This document shows, in pieces, positions 11,802-25,903 of a stretch of 64,000 nt of DNA. Both the position numbers and the translations under genes were made by a program. How positions within the stretch are numbered: the first letter of the stretch is position 1; each line of letters starts with the position of its first letter. A model generated the notes under the pieces. The model made no database searches and was not told the DNA's origin. It saw only the letters and a program-made list of their open reading frames with translations. The stretch comes from Amphiscolops sp. MND2022 (lineage: Eukaryota): contig OZ076409.1 of NCBI GenBank assembly GCA_964187785.1, positions 90,088,001 through 90,152,000 of the forward strand, in the 5' to 3' direction.

Positions 11802-14069
11802 CGTGATTCAATCAAAGTCGTAACGTCAGCAAACATTGCTACTTCTGCTTTCTCACATGAATCAGGAAGGTCATTGATGTATATAAGGAAAATAAACGGT
11901 CCCAGAACAGATCCTCGTGGTATACATGTTTGGACAGTTAGATACCAGTTTCGATTTCATTCAATCTGACATATTGCTTTCGATCTTCTTCAAAACACTT
12001 CTTAAAGTCTCGTTAATTTTTCCTCTGAAACCGTAACTTTCCAACTTGTGCATTAAAGTTTCGTGATTTAAAAAATCGAAAGCTTTTTTGAGTTCAATGA
12101 AGCACGATGGTCCAGCAATTTTTTGTCAGTTTGCTCCCGTTGATAACCGTTACTTTGACGATAGCTTGTACACATGACATCTTTGGTTAAAACCCAAACT
12201 GGGCTGATGTGAGGACTTTATGCTTTGTGCAAAAAGACATCATTCGTTTCAATAGAAGTTTTTCAAAAACCTTACTGAGGAACTTATTTAACTGATAGGG
12301 CGGTAGTTCTCTGGGAAGTTTCTATCACCTGTTTTTATACAGGGGTGTAGTTTTTGCTACTTTCATCCAATCTGGGTATATAGAAAACGCAATCATCTCA
12401 TTGAATATTCGTCCCAGAATGGGTTCTATGACTGGTGAGCAACACTTGAGAATTTCATTTGAGATTCCATCATGACCTCTACTTTTTTGTTTTTTAGGTG
12501 CTTCAGAATTCTAGCAACTTCTAGTAAATTCGCGGGAGTTATAACCATTGTGTCTTTGACTCTGTTAATCTTGAATTTGTTATCAATAGGTTTCATTTCC
12601 GCAGCGAGAACAGATCCAATCTTGTCGAAATATTTATTTATTGCAACCGCATCCGGTGCAAATTTACTCATCTCACTCTGTCGCTTTTTTAGGTTTGAGC
12701 GTTGCATATATTTTCTTGGGACTAGGATTCTGACCAAGTGTGTCGAAATTAGCTTGCTTTTTTTCTGTCCTTATCATCTGGGTAACTTTGTTGCGTATAG
12801 TTTTGTACTCAATATGGTTTTCTTCTGTTGGACTATATATCCATTTTCGGAACATCGCGTCACGTTTTGTGATAAGAGTTTTTATTTCGTTTGTTATCCA
12901 TGATTGCTTTGAGGTGATTTTTATTCATTTTTTTCTCAGGTGCATATTTATCAAGACATCTCATGATTGTTTTAGCAATATATTCAACTTTATCATCAAA
13001 TAGACAAGATTCATTCAAATTGCCCAATTCATGATTCAAGAAGAAAAGAAATTTTATTGCATTTGCAATTTTTAAGTTTCTCAGATTTCGGGAAGTGTAA
13101 CCATTTGTATTACTATTAGACTCTGTTTCGATACCGAGATCAGCCAAAACTGTGAAATGATCACTTATGGTAGTTTTAATGGTGTCAGTCTGAATATTGT
13201 TTTTCTGGGTAATTATATGATCAATGCAGCTTTTGCAGTTGATTGTCATTGTTGTGGGAAAATCATTTTGAATTTGAAACCCCAATGCCTTCAGTAGATT
13301 TATGTACTTTTACTATCATTGTCATCAATGCGTGTATCGATATTGAAATCACCAAATATAACCGTTTCTGACCTTAGTGAGCTCAGAAAATGTAGTAGTT
13401 TCTCGAAATGATCCAAAAACATGTTCACTCGAAGTGTATCTGGTCGGTAGATGACAGAAACAATTTTGGTGTTGTTATCGTCTAGCCTAATTTCTATGAT
13501 AGAACATTCAATTTCTGTATTGAAGCTGATGGGTTCGAAATAATAGCCATCTTTGACGTAAAATGCAACACCGCTTGATCTTCGCTTGCAGTTCAGCCTG
13601 GGAGTAGATTCAATTGGTTGATATCCTAATATCTCGTATTCATCAAGGGGGTTATTTTCAGCTATCCATGTTTCTGTTAATACGAGATCGACGGGTTTAT
13701 GCTCAAAAGTAGTTAGTAATATGTTTAATTCGTCATGATGGAATCACAAGAACCTAATGTTTAAGCCCAGTAGCGTATATAACCTAGATTGTGCAAATGA
13801 TTGATCAACATCATAGTTTTCAATCAAAAGAAGAGTTTCCAATTATTTTCATTCGCATGCATTAGCTCCACCCAGTGCCCCCTGTGTTGGCGAATGGTTA
13901 TTGTTGAGCAAAATAGGCGTAGCCTCATGTGTACTTCTATTGTTAGTCTCCGCGTTCTCTACGTCCTCTAATTTGCGTTTATCGTTGTCTTTTCGCTGCA
14001 TACTGACTTTGTCATTCGTTCTGGGGACCGTTTTATGGATTTGTCCTTTAACTGCTTCACTGCGAGAGT

Positions 14070-14537
14070 TCAACCCACTTTTCGACTATAAACCATTCCT
14101 TTAGGATCCTTCAGAAAAACTTTGACATCGCAATTGTGGGTTGTAGCGACTAAATTGTCTTCTTCACGTGCTTTTTTGACTTCAGGTGCAGCTGCAGGAA
14201 GTCGTTCAGTAATAAAAGGATTTTTTCCTCTGATCTGAAAATCAGCGAGCATTTTCCATCTGGCACAGATTTCGTTTTTGTACCGGAAGTAGATGAATTT
14301 TTTTATTATTGGAACGCTCAAACCTGTATTATGGGGCCTTCTTAGACGATCACATGCTTTCAGATCGCCTGGAGACAGCTCATAATTGAAGTGATGTTTG
14401 ATGGCCCTGCACACGTCGATATCCAAATCATCTGAAGTAGCATCTATCGGGAAGTTGTAGAATATGATACAATTCTTGCTGGTATATTTCTCTTGCGCCG
14501 ATACCCTTTCTTTGAGATCCGTAAGTACATTTGTCAA
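14070..14537 (-). pseudogene. LINE ORF1 fragment
   Basis: Coiled coil then EKYTSKNCIIFYNFP...IKKFI...FITERL, directly upstream of the APE domain. Confidence 0.7.
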
Positions 14538-15972
14538 AGTAATAATCTGGGATTCTTGGCGGGTAACTTTTGCTTCAAGATGCTCAATTTTTCCTGATAA
14601 TTTGAGTACAGTTGTTTCCTTTCGGAATCCGATAACTCCATTTCAAAGACTGAGATGTCAATTTCAAGATAAATTCAAAAGAAGCTCTGCAATGTATTAA
14701 TTTGAATGCTATTACCTAACTGTCAACATTGAAGCGAGCGCCTGCAAACGAACGCGACTGAACTCTAGCTGCGCATCCCTTTCTGTGTCCTTCCGCTCCT
14801 TCTGATACCGGTTTCAAACTAAATAAAATAACCGAATGAAAACAAAAAGTCCCCTTTCTGCGAGATTTTTGGCACTGTGCAACAGTTTTGTTCATACTTC
14901 GAACATAGTTTGCCTGGGTATTATAACGGATCCAGGTGATTCTTCTTCCATTTTCTAACTACGTTTTAAAAATCAATCGGGAAAAAGTCGAATACAAACT
15001 TCCAGTTGAGGAAAACATTTTTCGTTTTGAAAAGTCCCCTTTAGCATTGTTTATTTCTTTAGGCGAAGCGGAACATGTTGCTATTCGATCTTCAGTGGCA
15101 AATTTCAAATGCCTATGTCTTTTGCACGAGCTTTGCGCTAAGCATATCAGCTTATGTTTTTGGATTGTTTTACAACAAAAACCTGCCACAAGTCGGGTGT
15201 TCACATCCAACAAGTGTCAAATTTCTGTTATTTTATATCAAATCCATTTCGATGAACAAGGCGTAATATCCCTATTGGTAACAATATTTCAGGTTTTTAA
15301 TTGATCCCGCCAAAATGATTTCACATCTTTCAAGTACTAACTAGGTTTCGCCAAGATGAATGTGGTGTTCAAATTTAATTGTTATCAAACGTATGTATCA
15401 CTTCACTTTGGAATGCGTTTATATTGTTTTCTGAGTTACGTATTCAACGGAAAATACTGCATTTTTCATTCTGATTTTTCATATTTGGGGTTTGTCAAAG
15501 AGAAAGCAGTAAGGAGAAAGTACCTCTTGCCAATTCTTAGTTTCACTGCTCGAACGGTTTTCAGGTTTTTAAAAGGCTATCAAGAGTTCAATGACATTCG
15601 TACGCTCTGATGCAAACAAACACAAACTTACATATTTTTAAAGGTTAGCTCAACAAATAGATCATTGAGGATGAAGTAAAACCTTCAATAGTGGGATAGC
15701 ACAGCGTCTCTCATTAATTTCAAACTTTGAACCAATTGATATAAAAGTCGGTTTTGAAATTTTACAACTATGCTATAATCGAAACCAATCACATCTTGCT
15801 TCAGCGTTCTATTTCCTGTTCTAAACCAGACTATCGAATTTTAAAACCTGATGCGGGTTTCAAGCAAGACTTCGACCAATTCTCAAAACATTATAGCCAT
15901 TTAAAATTCAGCTTTTCAACATACATTGATGACTCATTATCCTGATTCACTCAAAATGTATACCTATCGGTG

Positions 15973-16525
15973 CTTTTTATTCGGCGCTTCATGAAATTAA
16001 CGCGTTTACAGGGCGCCTTTTGTAGTACTTTGTTCAACTTGTTTTTCAATCCAGCGGAAGTGACCAAAAAACTACGAAATGCCAATATGTGCAAATCATT
16101 CTAAATGTAAGAGGTGGAAATCATGCAAAAGGTCCTCCCTTTCATTGTTCAACATAGTCAATTTTCTTCGGAAAAATGGAAATTTTTTTCACTTGGAAAT
16201 TTTCACGTTTCGTTACAAAAAGTCTGCTTAAGCCCAGAGGGGCCTTTCGGTTCTTTTTCGGCACGGTGCGACTTTTGGAAAATTTTTCAATTCACCGGTG
16301 TTTTACTGAGAAAAAAAACAAAACCGTAAAAGGAATTTTTCAGCACTGAGACTTCAGAATTTGAACGAAAGCCATTTAGCATTCGTTGAAAGTTACAATA
16401 AAGCTTTTAAAGCCCAAAATTCCCTTCGTTTCCCTACCCGGAGAATTTTTCGAAAAACAGTTCCTTACAGCTTCGAAGCACTTACGTTTTTTGAGTCTTC
16501 AACGGTGAGCCGATTTGTACCATTA
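15973..16525 (-). mobile_element. Old degenerate copy of the same HINE-like family
   Basis: Ends TTTTTATTCGGCGCTT and TTTTGAGTCTT...GCCGATTTG resemble the termini at 27667 and 28060; AAAGGTCCTCCCTTTC and TTCGGCAC.GTGCGACT motifs inside. Confidence 0.4.
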
Positions 16526-19500
16526 ATTGTTGTAATTTTGAGCTATGATAATTGGCTATTAGGCTGGATCGAATTAGTCTTCCGACTCTATTCATCAACA
16601 GGGACAGGAAAAATAGGCTTTAATCTATTTTGACCTATTTTACCTAATTGAGGGATTTTCCAAATAACCTGCTTTCACCTATTTTGCCGATTTTGACCCA
16701 ATTCACTTAAAAATTTCATTCATATGGCGACATGATATATGTAATATAGGCATTTCTCAGATTTACAGACACGCAAGACAATACCGAAGACAAATTGGCA
16801 ACAGTTCTTAGAAACAACCCGGGACTCCACAAAATCCATCAAAATATGGCTTGTTTCCTTTATGCACCCCTTTCTTCGTGTGAAATTGAGACTTTTTAGT
16901 TTGACTTAAGCTAATTACATTAATTCTGCTAATATCAGCGAAGAACTTCTGCAAGAATTGGTGTATATGGGAGTTGGAAATTAAAATTAATTTGACCGTT
17001 TTTGCGTTTTTATTTGACTTTTGAAGGTGTCTATTTGGCGATCGTAATGACCTAAAATTCCGGTCCCTGTTCATCAATACTTGTTACAGAACTGGGAGGA
17101 GACGTAAAAATTACAATTCTTCTAATATTTCAACTATAACAACAATATCTCAGAAACGAAATGTTGATTAAAATATTGCGTCATAATTTCCTACAAGTTG
17201 ATTATCACATCCAGAGTTAATCTAACGAATTTCCAAAAGTATACTAAAGCAATTTTACTCAGACAAATTCCAGCCATAAATTAATGAAATGAAAATATTG
17301 ACAAAACTTCGAAAAATCTGAGCAAAAACGTTTCCGATGTATTTGCAGAATTCTTGCAAGCACTTTTGATGTGAGAAGTTTCATATAGAAGTGGTCAATA
17401 TTCTCAAGATAGAAAATACTAAAAAGCCCTATTTTAGGGTGTCATGCTAGCCTGTAGGGAGCTTCATGTTTTGTTACGTGCGGAAACAAAGTTGGGGGAG
17501 AAATCAATATCAAATAGATGAAAAGCATTTATTTGAAGATAATGCTTCACAGCTCAAACCAGTTGCACAAACTTGCTGTTTCAAACTTTTAATGAAAAGT
17601 TTTTAATGCTCTGTGAGTCAAGTTTAAATTCTTGTTTCAGTAGAGGTAAGAGATTCACTTTTAGTAGAAAAAATAATTTGAAACAGTTTTGAAAAACATT
17701 AAATTAAAATCAGGGCCCAAGTTTTAGGGCTGTTTCGCAAGACCGACAAAGAATTGCACAAGCAATCAATCAGTAGTCATTCACACACAGTGGAGGGATC
17801 AGAATGTATTTAAATTTTATAAACAAAAAATTTAGTACTGATGTTATAATATGAAAACAGTTCAACATTTGCGAATAGTGAGAAAGGCGTCTGCGATTCA
17901 CTCGTAATAAAAGGTAGGACACTTTGCTCTGCAAAATCTCAATCCGGTCAACTGTGGTAGTGTATGGGAGTGAAGAAAGGTCAGGTCGCAAACCCCAATA
18001 GATTTGCTCAAGCCATGGAAGTTCGCACAGATTGCACATACTGAAACATGGAAACTCAATTAATCAGCATTACTGCTGTAATATCATAGAATCTATCTAA
18101 TTTTAGAATAGAATCTACAAAAACGATAGCTTTTCATGAAAATTCTTCAAAGCGCAACAAATTCTTATTTTCCCCAGCTTTTCTCCGGGGATGACCCAAC
18201 AACGGATCCAAGTTATTGAAATCCGAAGACCAAAAATTGCGACTTACTGGTACCTTCGTAAAATATTTTCAAAATGTTTTTGAAAGAAAGACTTGCATTA
18301 CACAAGATCAATCATTTTTGATTGAAGGACATTCTTAAGGAAACGAAGTGCGTTTATCAGAATAACGCCATGCCAGTGCAACACAAAATGATTTCAGAGC
18401 TCATTCTACGCCATGCAAATAAGGAACTTTTTGGTGCTCTCAAAAACCTTTATTTTGAAGCAGTTAGAACTGTTAAGAAATACTGTGAGAATCCTTCACC
18501 TTTGCACTGATTTGAAACTAATTGTTTTCATAAATATTCACTGCTTAATATCACGTCCAACTTTTTCCGAATGAAATTTTCAAAATCGATATTCGTGAAA
18601 TTTAATTTCCGTATTCAACATTAAACCCAATATGGTTTGCTTTTTCAAGCAAAAAAGAAACTGCTGAATCTTTATGAGGAACCCGATGCCAGAAGTAACG
18701 AGAGGTCAAGAAACTATTGTTGATTGTTAACAATCCCAAATCAGCTCCTCTAAGTCAGCGCCACGGCGGGGCTGCAAAACATGCATCGGGGACATATTTC
18801 AAAACTTGCTACTTCAAACGTTTGGGCTTTTGAGAGGCCCTCAACATATAGTCCGGGAACCATTTTCAGAAAGATTTCTTGTATACTACCTTAATATTAA
18901 ATTGTTCATGCTAGTTTTCCGACCCATGAAGTCGGCACTTTCATTTTTAATAACGAGACGAATAAAGATTTATCTCGCAATGCCGGAAAAATGAGAAATG
19001 GATAACGCTGTGAGGACAAGAAAATACCTTGTATAAAGCATTATTTTGAATTCAGAGGTACCAGTTTTATTGGGGAATTTATATTTGAGAAAAACGTTGC
19101 GAAGTAGTTGTAAAAGAGAAAACATAGGGAATTATACTGTGCTTAACAAACTGCTGGTCCAGAAGTAGAAAGAGAACTATCACCAAAAACGCAAACCGAC
19201 ATTAAATACACATTCATTAGTATGTACACTCAATACAAAAGGTTCCATGAAAACTGAGAAATCTAGGGAAACCAATTAATCATCCAGTGCCCTTACTAGA
19301 GGAAACAACAAAGAGAACTCAACACGCAATGATGCATGCACTACACAAACTAAAGGTGGAATGGAGGGTTGAGGTTTCAGGGTTATATTCTATTTTAAAA
19401 AGTGTATAGATGCTGATTCATTATCTGTTTACTGTGCAGCAGAGGTAAAAGAAGGTAAAACATTGTCAGTTGGATGTCACACACGGGGTATACATGTACA

Positions 19501-19669
19501 AGATTCATCATAAAAGTGAGTATTTACAAAAATCAACAGCCAGTACCGAAACACTTCAGATGAAATACTGTGTGACGTCATTAAAGGATGGTATGGTGGT
19601 ACTACTTTTCGAGTCATTCAAAGACACTTTGGTACACTTGGAAGTAAAAGGCAGAGCTCATACATAATC

Positions 19670-20095
19670 GTAGGGCGACAACTCAAATCAAATGGAAAAA
19701 GCGACAACTCATATCAATCAAAACTCATATCAGAAAATTAAATCCTATACCAGGAAGGGTTTAAAAGAACTAATTCCAAGATGAGAAAATTATTTAACTA
19801 ATGAGCAATTAGTAGAAAGTATAATGTATTAACAGGATTTCATGGTAAATATCAGTGCCTTGGATAATCATTTCATAATCACAACTTGATCAAAAGGTGT
19901 GCAGAAAAAATATCTTGAGTAGAACACAAAATGCTGAATATTTTAAAATATAAATTTTGACATTTCTAATCGCAGCTAATTATAAAACACTCTTGGAGTC
20001 TTAATTTGGGTATTTGTAACCCATTGACAAACCTATGAGTGTCGCTTTTTCCTAATTGATATGGGTTATCGCTTGACATGAGTTGTCGTATGCCA
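19670..20095. mobile_element. MITE with repeat-containing inverted arms
   Basis: GCGACAACTCATATC repeats on the left; inverted ATGAGTTGTCG/ATGAGTGTCGCTTTTTCC on the right. Confidence 0.6.
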
Positions 20096-23051
20096 TATAG
20101 AATTCCGTTTGTGTCCGGTAGTGCTAGTCCCGGTTTCGATGCAGGTTAAGATGAAATTTTGGAATTACAATGCATTTATCGTTTTCCTTTTTTTGGTTTC
20201 CACAAATTCAGACAGCACGGGTTTCCACTCTTAAAAAAAGCACTATCATACATGTATTGTATGTACATGCACCATTTTCATAGCCAACATGGCAATAGTT
20301 GGGTAGTAGCTGCAGCAGCAAATGATTTAAGCCCAGCAGACTGTGTAAACTTACCCTTTTGTCTGGCTTACAGTGCTGGTTGGTCAGTGCATTCAAAGGA
20401 ACCGAAATTAACGATTGCTTCAATACTTCAATCGTTAAATGTGGTACTGCAAACACAAAAATGCACAATCAATTATGCACATAAATCATGACTTATTTCT
20501 GCGACCATAAATTATCTTTGGGCTCAGACATTAGTCTTGAACATATTTAAGTGTTGGTTTACCAGGGTAAATTTGAGGAAAAACTCGCCGAAACTATCCG
20601 AAAGCATACAATCTGTGTGACGAAGAAACGCGGAATGACAATGATATTTGCATCGATACTATCAAGTACTTTTTCAAATAAAAATTTAGTGACATTTAGT
20701 TCTCCTATTATAAATGCATGTTTCGAATATAAGACACACCTCAATTTTTATCGCTCGCGTATAAGACGCCCCGAAAATAAGGCATAATTTTGTCACATCC
20801 AAACATGGCGAGCCTTGTCAAGAATAAGCCGAGTCAACTAAGGAGATCTTATGAATATGTTAGTTTTCGATTAATCTGCCGCTCGATTCAGAGGATAAGC
20901 TTGTAATGAGCAAATTTTTAAAATGAGCACCTGCGGGATACAGTACTATTTCAGCTTTAGGATAAATTAACCAATAATTTCGAAGTTCAATAAATTAAAA
21001 AATTGAATAGCTATTCACTCCTGTTAATTCACTATATATGGCACAATTTACACCGCCTTTGATTTTTCCCTGACTAAACAAAATACAACTACTAAGAGTA
21101 TATGACGTTTCGCATTCGTAATTGAATGCAGGCGAAGCTCTCGGCGTTCGAATAATTAACACTTTCAATGAACTCGGCGTACGAATGAATACTAAACGCT
21201 CGTTCCCTTCATAGCACAAGAATTGAAAAAACTACCTAAAACCTTGAAGTAGCCAATCAAAATTGGCTAACAAAAAGGGTCGATAATTAGGTCTAGAAAA
21301 AAATCACAACGACGTAATTTGGCGTATCGCGCGAAATATAAAGTATGCTTTATAAAAGTAGAAACACGGAAGTAGAAATCGGAATAGTTTTTCGTATGAA
21401 CAAAACCTTTTTCACACAATTTCAACAAAAAAATTTGAACTGACTTTTGAAGTGATGGAAAGCGATTCACAGAGTTATAATCTTACGTTCTGAACATGCA
21501 GCAGCTAAACTATTTTTTTTCAATCACACGCCAACAATTTTAACACTATCATCGACTTATCAGAATGAAAATCTTTCCTCAAAAGGTGCATACCTCGCAA
21601 CTTGAAAAATTCAAAAAACTTTGGAAGATCATGAAAAGCACTACAAAAACAAGTTGTAAATAATTTCACAGTTTTTCTAAAAGACTTACATGACGCAATA
21701 TTTTAGAAGGATTACTTCTCAGATTTTACGAGAACACCAAATGCAAAAATGAAAGTTGGTCAATGGTATGATGTATACGCATATATTCACAACACATGGG
21801 CAGCCTTTCTCGAATTGAGTCATAGATCATAGAACATGAAAGAGCATTTGGAAGTATTATTTTGAAGTCATGCTTTGCTGTCGATAGTCTCGAATTTACT
21901 GAAGAAGCATTGTTTCAGTTCTCAAGAAAACGGATGCACCATTATTTGAAATGTTTATCATACCAAACTAGTAAGAATCGATGGATACAATATCGATTTT
22001 CATATCAGACGCGGTTACCTTTGCTCCAACGTGTGAGGATAGGATACATAACGCATTTCGATAACATTGGCTTCGGTTGTCATTATCTTCGAACAGCAGT
22101 CCTAGATATGTTGAGTCCTAAACTACAGTCGGGCCGCCTACTTTGGTAGCCACTTTAGTTATCTCAACAATCGATGGTGACAGATTACAAACTTCATGAT
22201 TGGTTATTTTGCATGACGAATTGTCACGCGGGGAATAAGACCTAACGATAACGATGAAGGCTCGAAGGTCAAGATTGAGTGGCTGTTTATTCAGTTAAAG
22301 CATTGCTTTTTGAGGTATTATATTCATTGACTCTTTGTTTTGTTTCAAGTGTAATAGGTGAACCAAAAAACACATTAACCTTAACTTGACCACTGTGACG
22401 AATTTGGCACATTTAGTTTCTGCAAATTCTAAGCGCACCAGCTGATTGTATGGTAAAGAAAACTCTTGAATAAGATTTTCAGACAATATTGCATAGCATT
22501 CGGCGCCTTTTCACGGAATATTGACGTGATGTCTAAGAAATCCAGAAAATGGGACCAAAAAATCGAAAAAAAACTAATTGCAGATTTTCAGTTTTCGTTA
22601 GTTGCCCTTTTATCACACTGGTATCAACATTGGGTCAAAGCGGCCCCAGCATGTTTTGAAACATGCTGAAATGCATCAAAGACACGAGGCAAAGTTTTGG
22701 CGCAAAGTCCGGAACCAGTGCGACGAAGCGAGCCCTCCGCCAAGCAGTTTAAAAATTGATATGAAAGCCCTGATGCTCCTCTTTCGAACGCTCTATAAAT
22801 CGTTTGTAGGACTTGAATAGTTTAGGAGATATTGCGGTTTAAAGTTTAAACACTCAATTTTTGGATGGATCCAGAATTTTCCTGGTCAACTTAAGGTTAA
22901 AAGTTAGAACGAAATAACCTGTCAAGACGTTTGGACTATTTTCGACGGTTCGAACCGTCTTAAATGTGGAGATGATTACGCAATAAGAGCTTCAATAAAA
23001 ATGATACAGCAAATTGAAAGATTTCCAATGCCTTGTTTACAAGATTACCAG

Positions 23052-24037
23052 AATATTCGTCGTCGGAAATTTCGTCGCAAGAAACTTCGCCGTCAGAAAT
23101 TTCGTCGTCGGATATTTCGTCGTCGATGATTATAATAGAACGTATACTTAGATGATTATAATAGAACGTATTTCAATTAGAACGTATACGTTCTATAAAA
23201 CGTCGCATTTTCTTTAATCTACTAGGAATCGTCTTATTATTGAGTCCTAATAATTATCGATAATTGTGCAATAATTACTATCATTGACTACTTTTTGTTA
23301 TGGTTTTGAAAAAGTTTCGGACCTTATAACTCCTAATATACACCTTGTTTCTTATCCCCCCAACAGGAAGTTGTTTCGACACTTGAAGCAAAAATTTCCA
23401 TTACCAAAAGATTTTTTGATAATTTTCTGACAAAAAAGCAAAAATTCTCCCTGGAGCAAGATTGAATTGTATTGTAAAGCCCCGGTAAGTAGTTCCACCG
23501 GTAGGACTGAAAATATACCATTGCTTAATAAGCGTCTTGATGAGTTGATTGAATGCAATTAACTTTTTAACGGTTACATGTCAGAATATTCTAAGTCATA
23601 ATAACCAATGCCATAATAGCCAATGCCAAAATATCCAACGTGACAAAATAGCCAACGTGACATGATAGCCAATGTTATAGTGTTACTTTGGCTGTTTTGG
23701 TATTGGCTTATTTGGCGTTGGTTATTTTGGCATTGGCTATTTTGGCATTTTGGATATTATGGCATGGGCTATTTTGACCTTGGCTATTTTGACTTTGGTT
23801 ATTTTGTCCTGCCACCCTTTTTAACTCAATTTTGGTGTCAAAATGAAACTTGTTCTTAAGATCTCATTTAAATAATTAAGTAATTGTATAATTCAAATGA
23901 TATCTTTTGATGAACGCTGTTATTCTAATCAATACGACGAAATTTCGGACGACGAATTTTCTGACGACGAAATTTCTGGATTTGCTAATACGACGAAATT
24001 TCTTACGAAATTTCTGGCGACGGAATTTCCGCCTCCC
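23052..24037. mobile_element. Foldback/MITE with AAATTTCGTCG-repeat arms and a second foldback element nested at ~23568-23817
   Basis: Left (GAAATTTCGTCG)n and right (CGACGAAATTTC)n ending CCGCCTCCC. Inner element has (CCAATGCCAAAATA)n and (TATTTTGGCATTGG)n arms ending GCCACCC. Confidence 0.75.
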
Positions 24038-25743
24038 GTTTACAAATACATTTTGAAAACGCGAAAATGTATGTGCTCCGTTTTTTGGTTAACCTAAAAA
24101 CGGCAAAAATGGAAGACGAGACACATGCCGATGATATAAGCGTTTAGTCTTCGCTTTATTGCGTAATCCAAGCTGAAGTCACAGCTCAATTGTGTACCGT
24201 TATCTGAGAACGTTCTCCACAAACATTTTTGATATTCACGAAAACATCCATTCTTTTCATCACTTAATGAAACTTTAACATTTTAGTGTTATGGATTTTT
24301 AGTGTTGTTTGTTGCATGAACAGCAGAGAAGGGGAGATTCTTCACTACACCAAGACGGGGGGGGCACGAAGTACTAAATTTCGACTTGTAGCATAGACAC
24401 GAAGAGGTTGTTGTCTCTAGTGATATGCTAGCAAGCATGCTTAGACCAGACAGTAGTTCTCTGGTAGCAGCAGAAACAAAATCATGCAACTTGGCAGCTC
24501 CGTTTTCCTTCTCTTTCTCTTATTTTATAAGCCTAAGACTGTAGCTTCGAATTTACGGCTGAAGAAAAACAAGACAAGCAACCCAACAACAGTTGAAGGA
24601 AAAAGCTGAAGGAAAATGGTGTAGGCAGGGAAGCTGCGACTGCTTTCCCAGCAACATGCAGACAGGTAGTTACTGCTGCACTTACTTGTGATTAAGACAG
24701 CAAGCAGAGCGACTGCGGTAACGACCGGGCCATCACTCTATTACAGCATCAGCAGCGACCGAATACAAGTGCTTACTTTTCCTTACAATAATAGCAGGGA
24801 GCATGGAAAAGCATCGAAAGTGCATTTGTTGTATTTGGAAGGGATGTACGGAAAGACGTGGAAACGGAGCGGGTGCTTTGCTGTAGAAGGAAAGGGGAAA
24901 TCAGTAATGTGAATTGAGTAATAATAATTCGAATGACACGGATGGTGTAACAACCAACGAGGAGAAGCCCTCGCGTTTATTTAATCACGGCGCAGTGTGG
25001 AAGAGAGCACATGTGAAAACATGACATCAGAACCACCAGCGCGCATGTATTACCATCATCGTCATCATCAGATACCACCGCAACACGGCGAACCACGATA
25101 CTGAGAACGGCAGCGGCTCTCTCAATGTTATCTTGTTCCTGTTCTTTTCCTTCTTTCTTTCCTTCTTATGCGAAACAGTGTCGCCTAAATACGATACAGC
25201 ACACCACCGCAAAACAACATAACACGATACTATTTTAACACGGGCCTCTTCGCAATGCAAAATTTAGCAACCACAAACGCCAAACAAAAAGGCCTTCCAA
25301 GAAAGCGGCTAAAACGGGAAGACAAATCTGTCGTTTCGCTGCACTAGCGTTTCTAGCAGCTCCTGATGTCCAATATTTTTTAAACGTTTAGAGAGTATCA
25401 TATGCAGAGCCAAAGCGCAATAAAGCTTAGACAGACTATGGAGAAAAACTCATTGCTAATTGTATTTTGGGAATTGTGTTATTTCATGACAATTCCGTCA
25501 CAGCAGAGACGTCATATTTCATTCATTAGACATGGAAGAATTTTTTCACATTGGTACAAAAAAGCGACATATAGCTTCCCTATTCAGTCGGTTCATTTTT
25601 GGAGTCTAACAGGTTATTTCGGAAAGTAAACATGCAAAAAATTCCCATTTTTCATCTATTTATGAATTGATAATGACAGCCACAAGGGACTCAGCTTTTT
25701 CCTGGTGAATAAAAGAAGGGGAGGGGCTTTAGAAGAAACTAAC

Positions 25744-25903
25744 CGAGGGGGGAGGGGGATGTCCATCGCGGGAAGAACCAGCCGGTCCTAATCTGTGGTA
25801 GTTGCCACCAGCATACATGCCATACCGTCCGTTATCGTGTCTTGACCCCGTTGTCCGTCTGTAGGGGTCATCCAGGTGATCATACGAGCCAGCGCAGTAC
25901 TCA
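25744..25903 (-). CDS. ttyh: Tweety coding exon 11 (cytoplasmic tail)
   Basis: TTCAG|EYCAGSYDHLDDPY...GHPPPPS|GTTAG, phase 2 to 0. Confidence 0.75.

Larger units (their letters stand above)
10210..14770 (-). mobile_element. Decayed near full-length CR1/L2-group LINE
   Basis: ORF1 (14070-14537, L1-type RRM-like); APE remnants (TETW, IYRPD, GDFNID, SCIDHI, ISDH); RT remnants (PENYRP, PRGSVLGP.LFLIYINDL, MFADV). Many frameshifts; ends approximate. Confidence 0.88.

Noticed and set aside
17628..17652. 5-nt plus-strand microexon (TTTCAG|TAGAG|GTAAG)
   Set aside because: No flanking plus-strand exons found.
19467..19512. Box C/D snoRNA (ATGATGA...CTGA, minus strand)
   Set aside because: Only ~46 nt, single copy, no clear target; the CTGAC fits a branch point before an acceptor.
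23662..24097. Trp/Gly-rich and Asp-rich ORFs
   Set aside because: Translations of foldback MITE arm repeats.
24289..25260. Terminal Tweety exon candidates (e.g. ATLFRIRRKERRKRTGTR*)
   Set aside because: Several acceptors are possible and no conserved motif selects among them.
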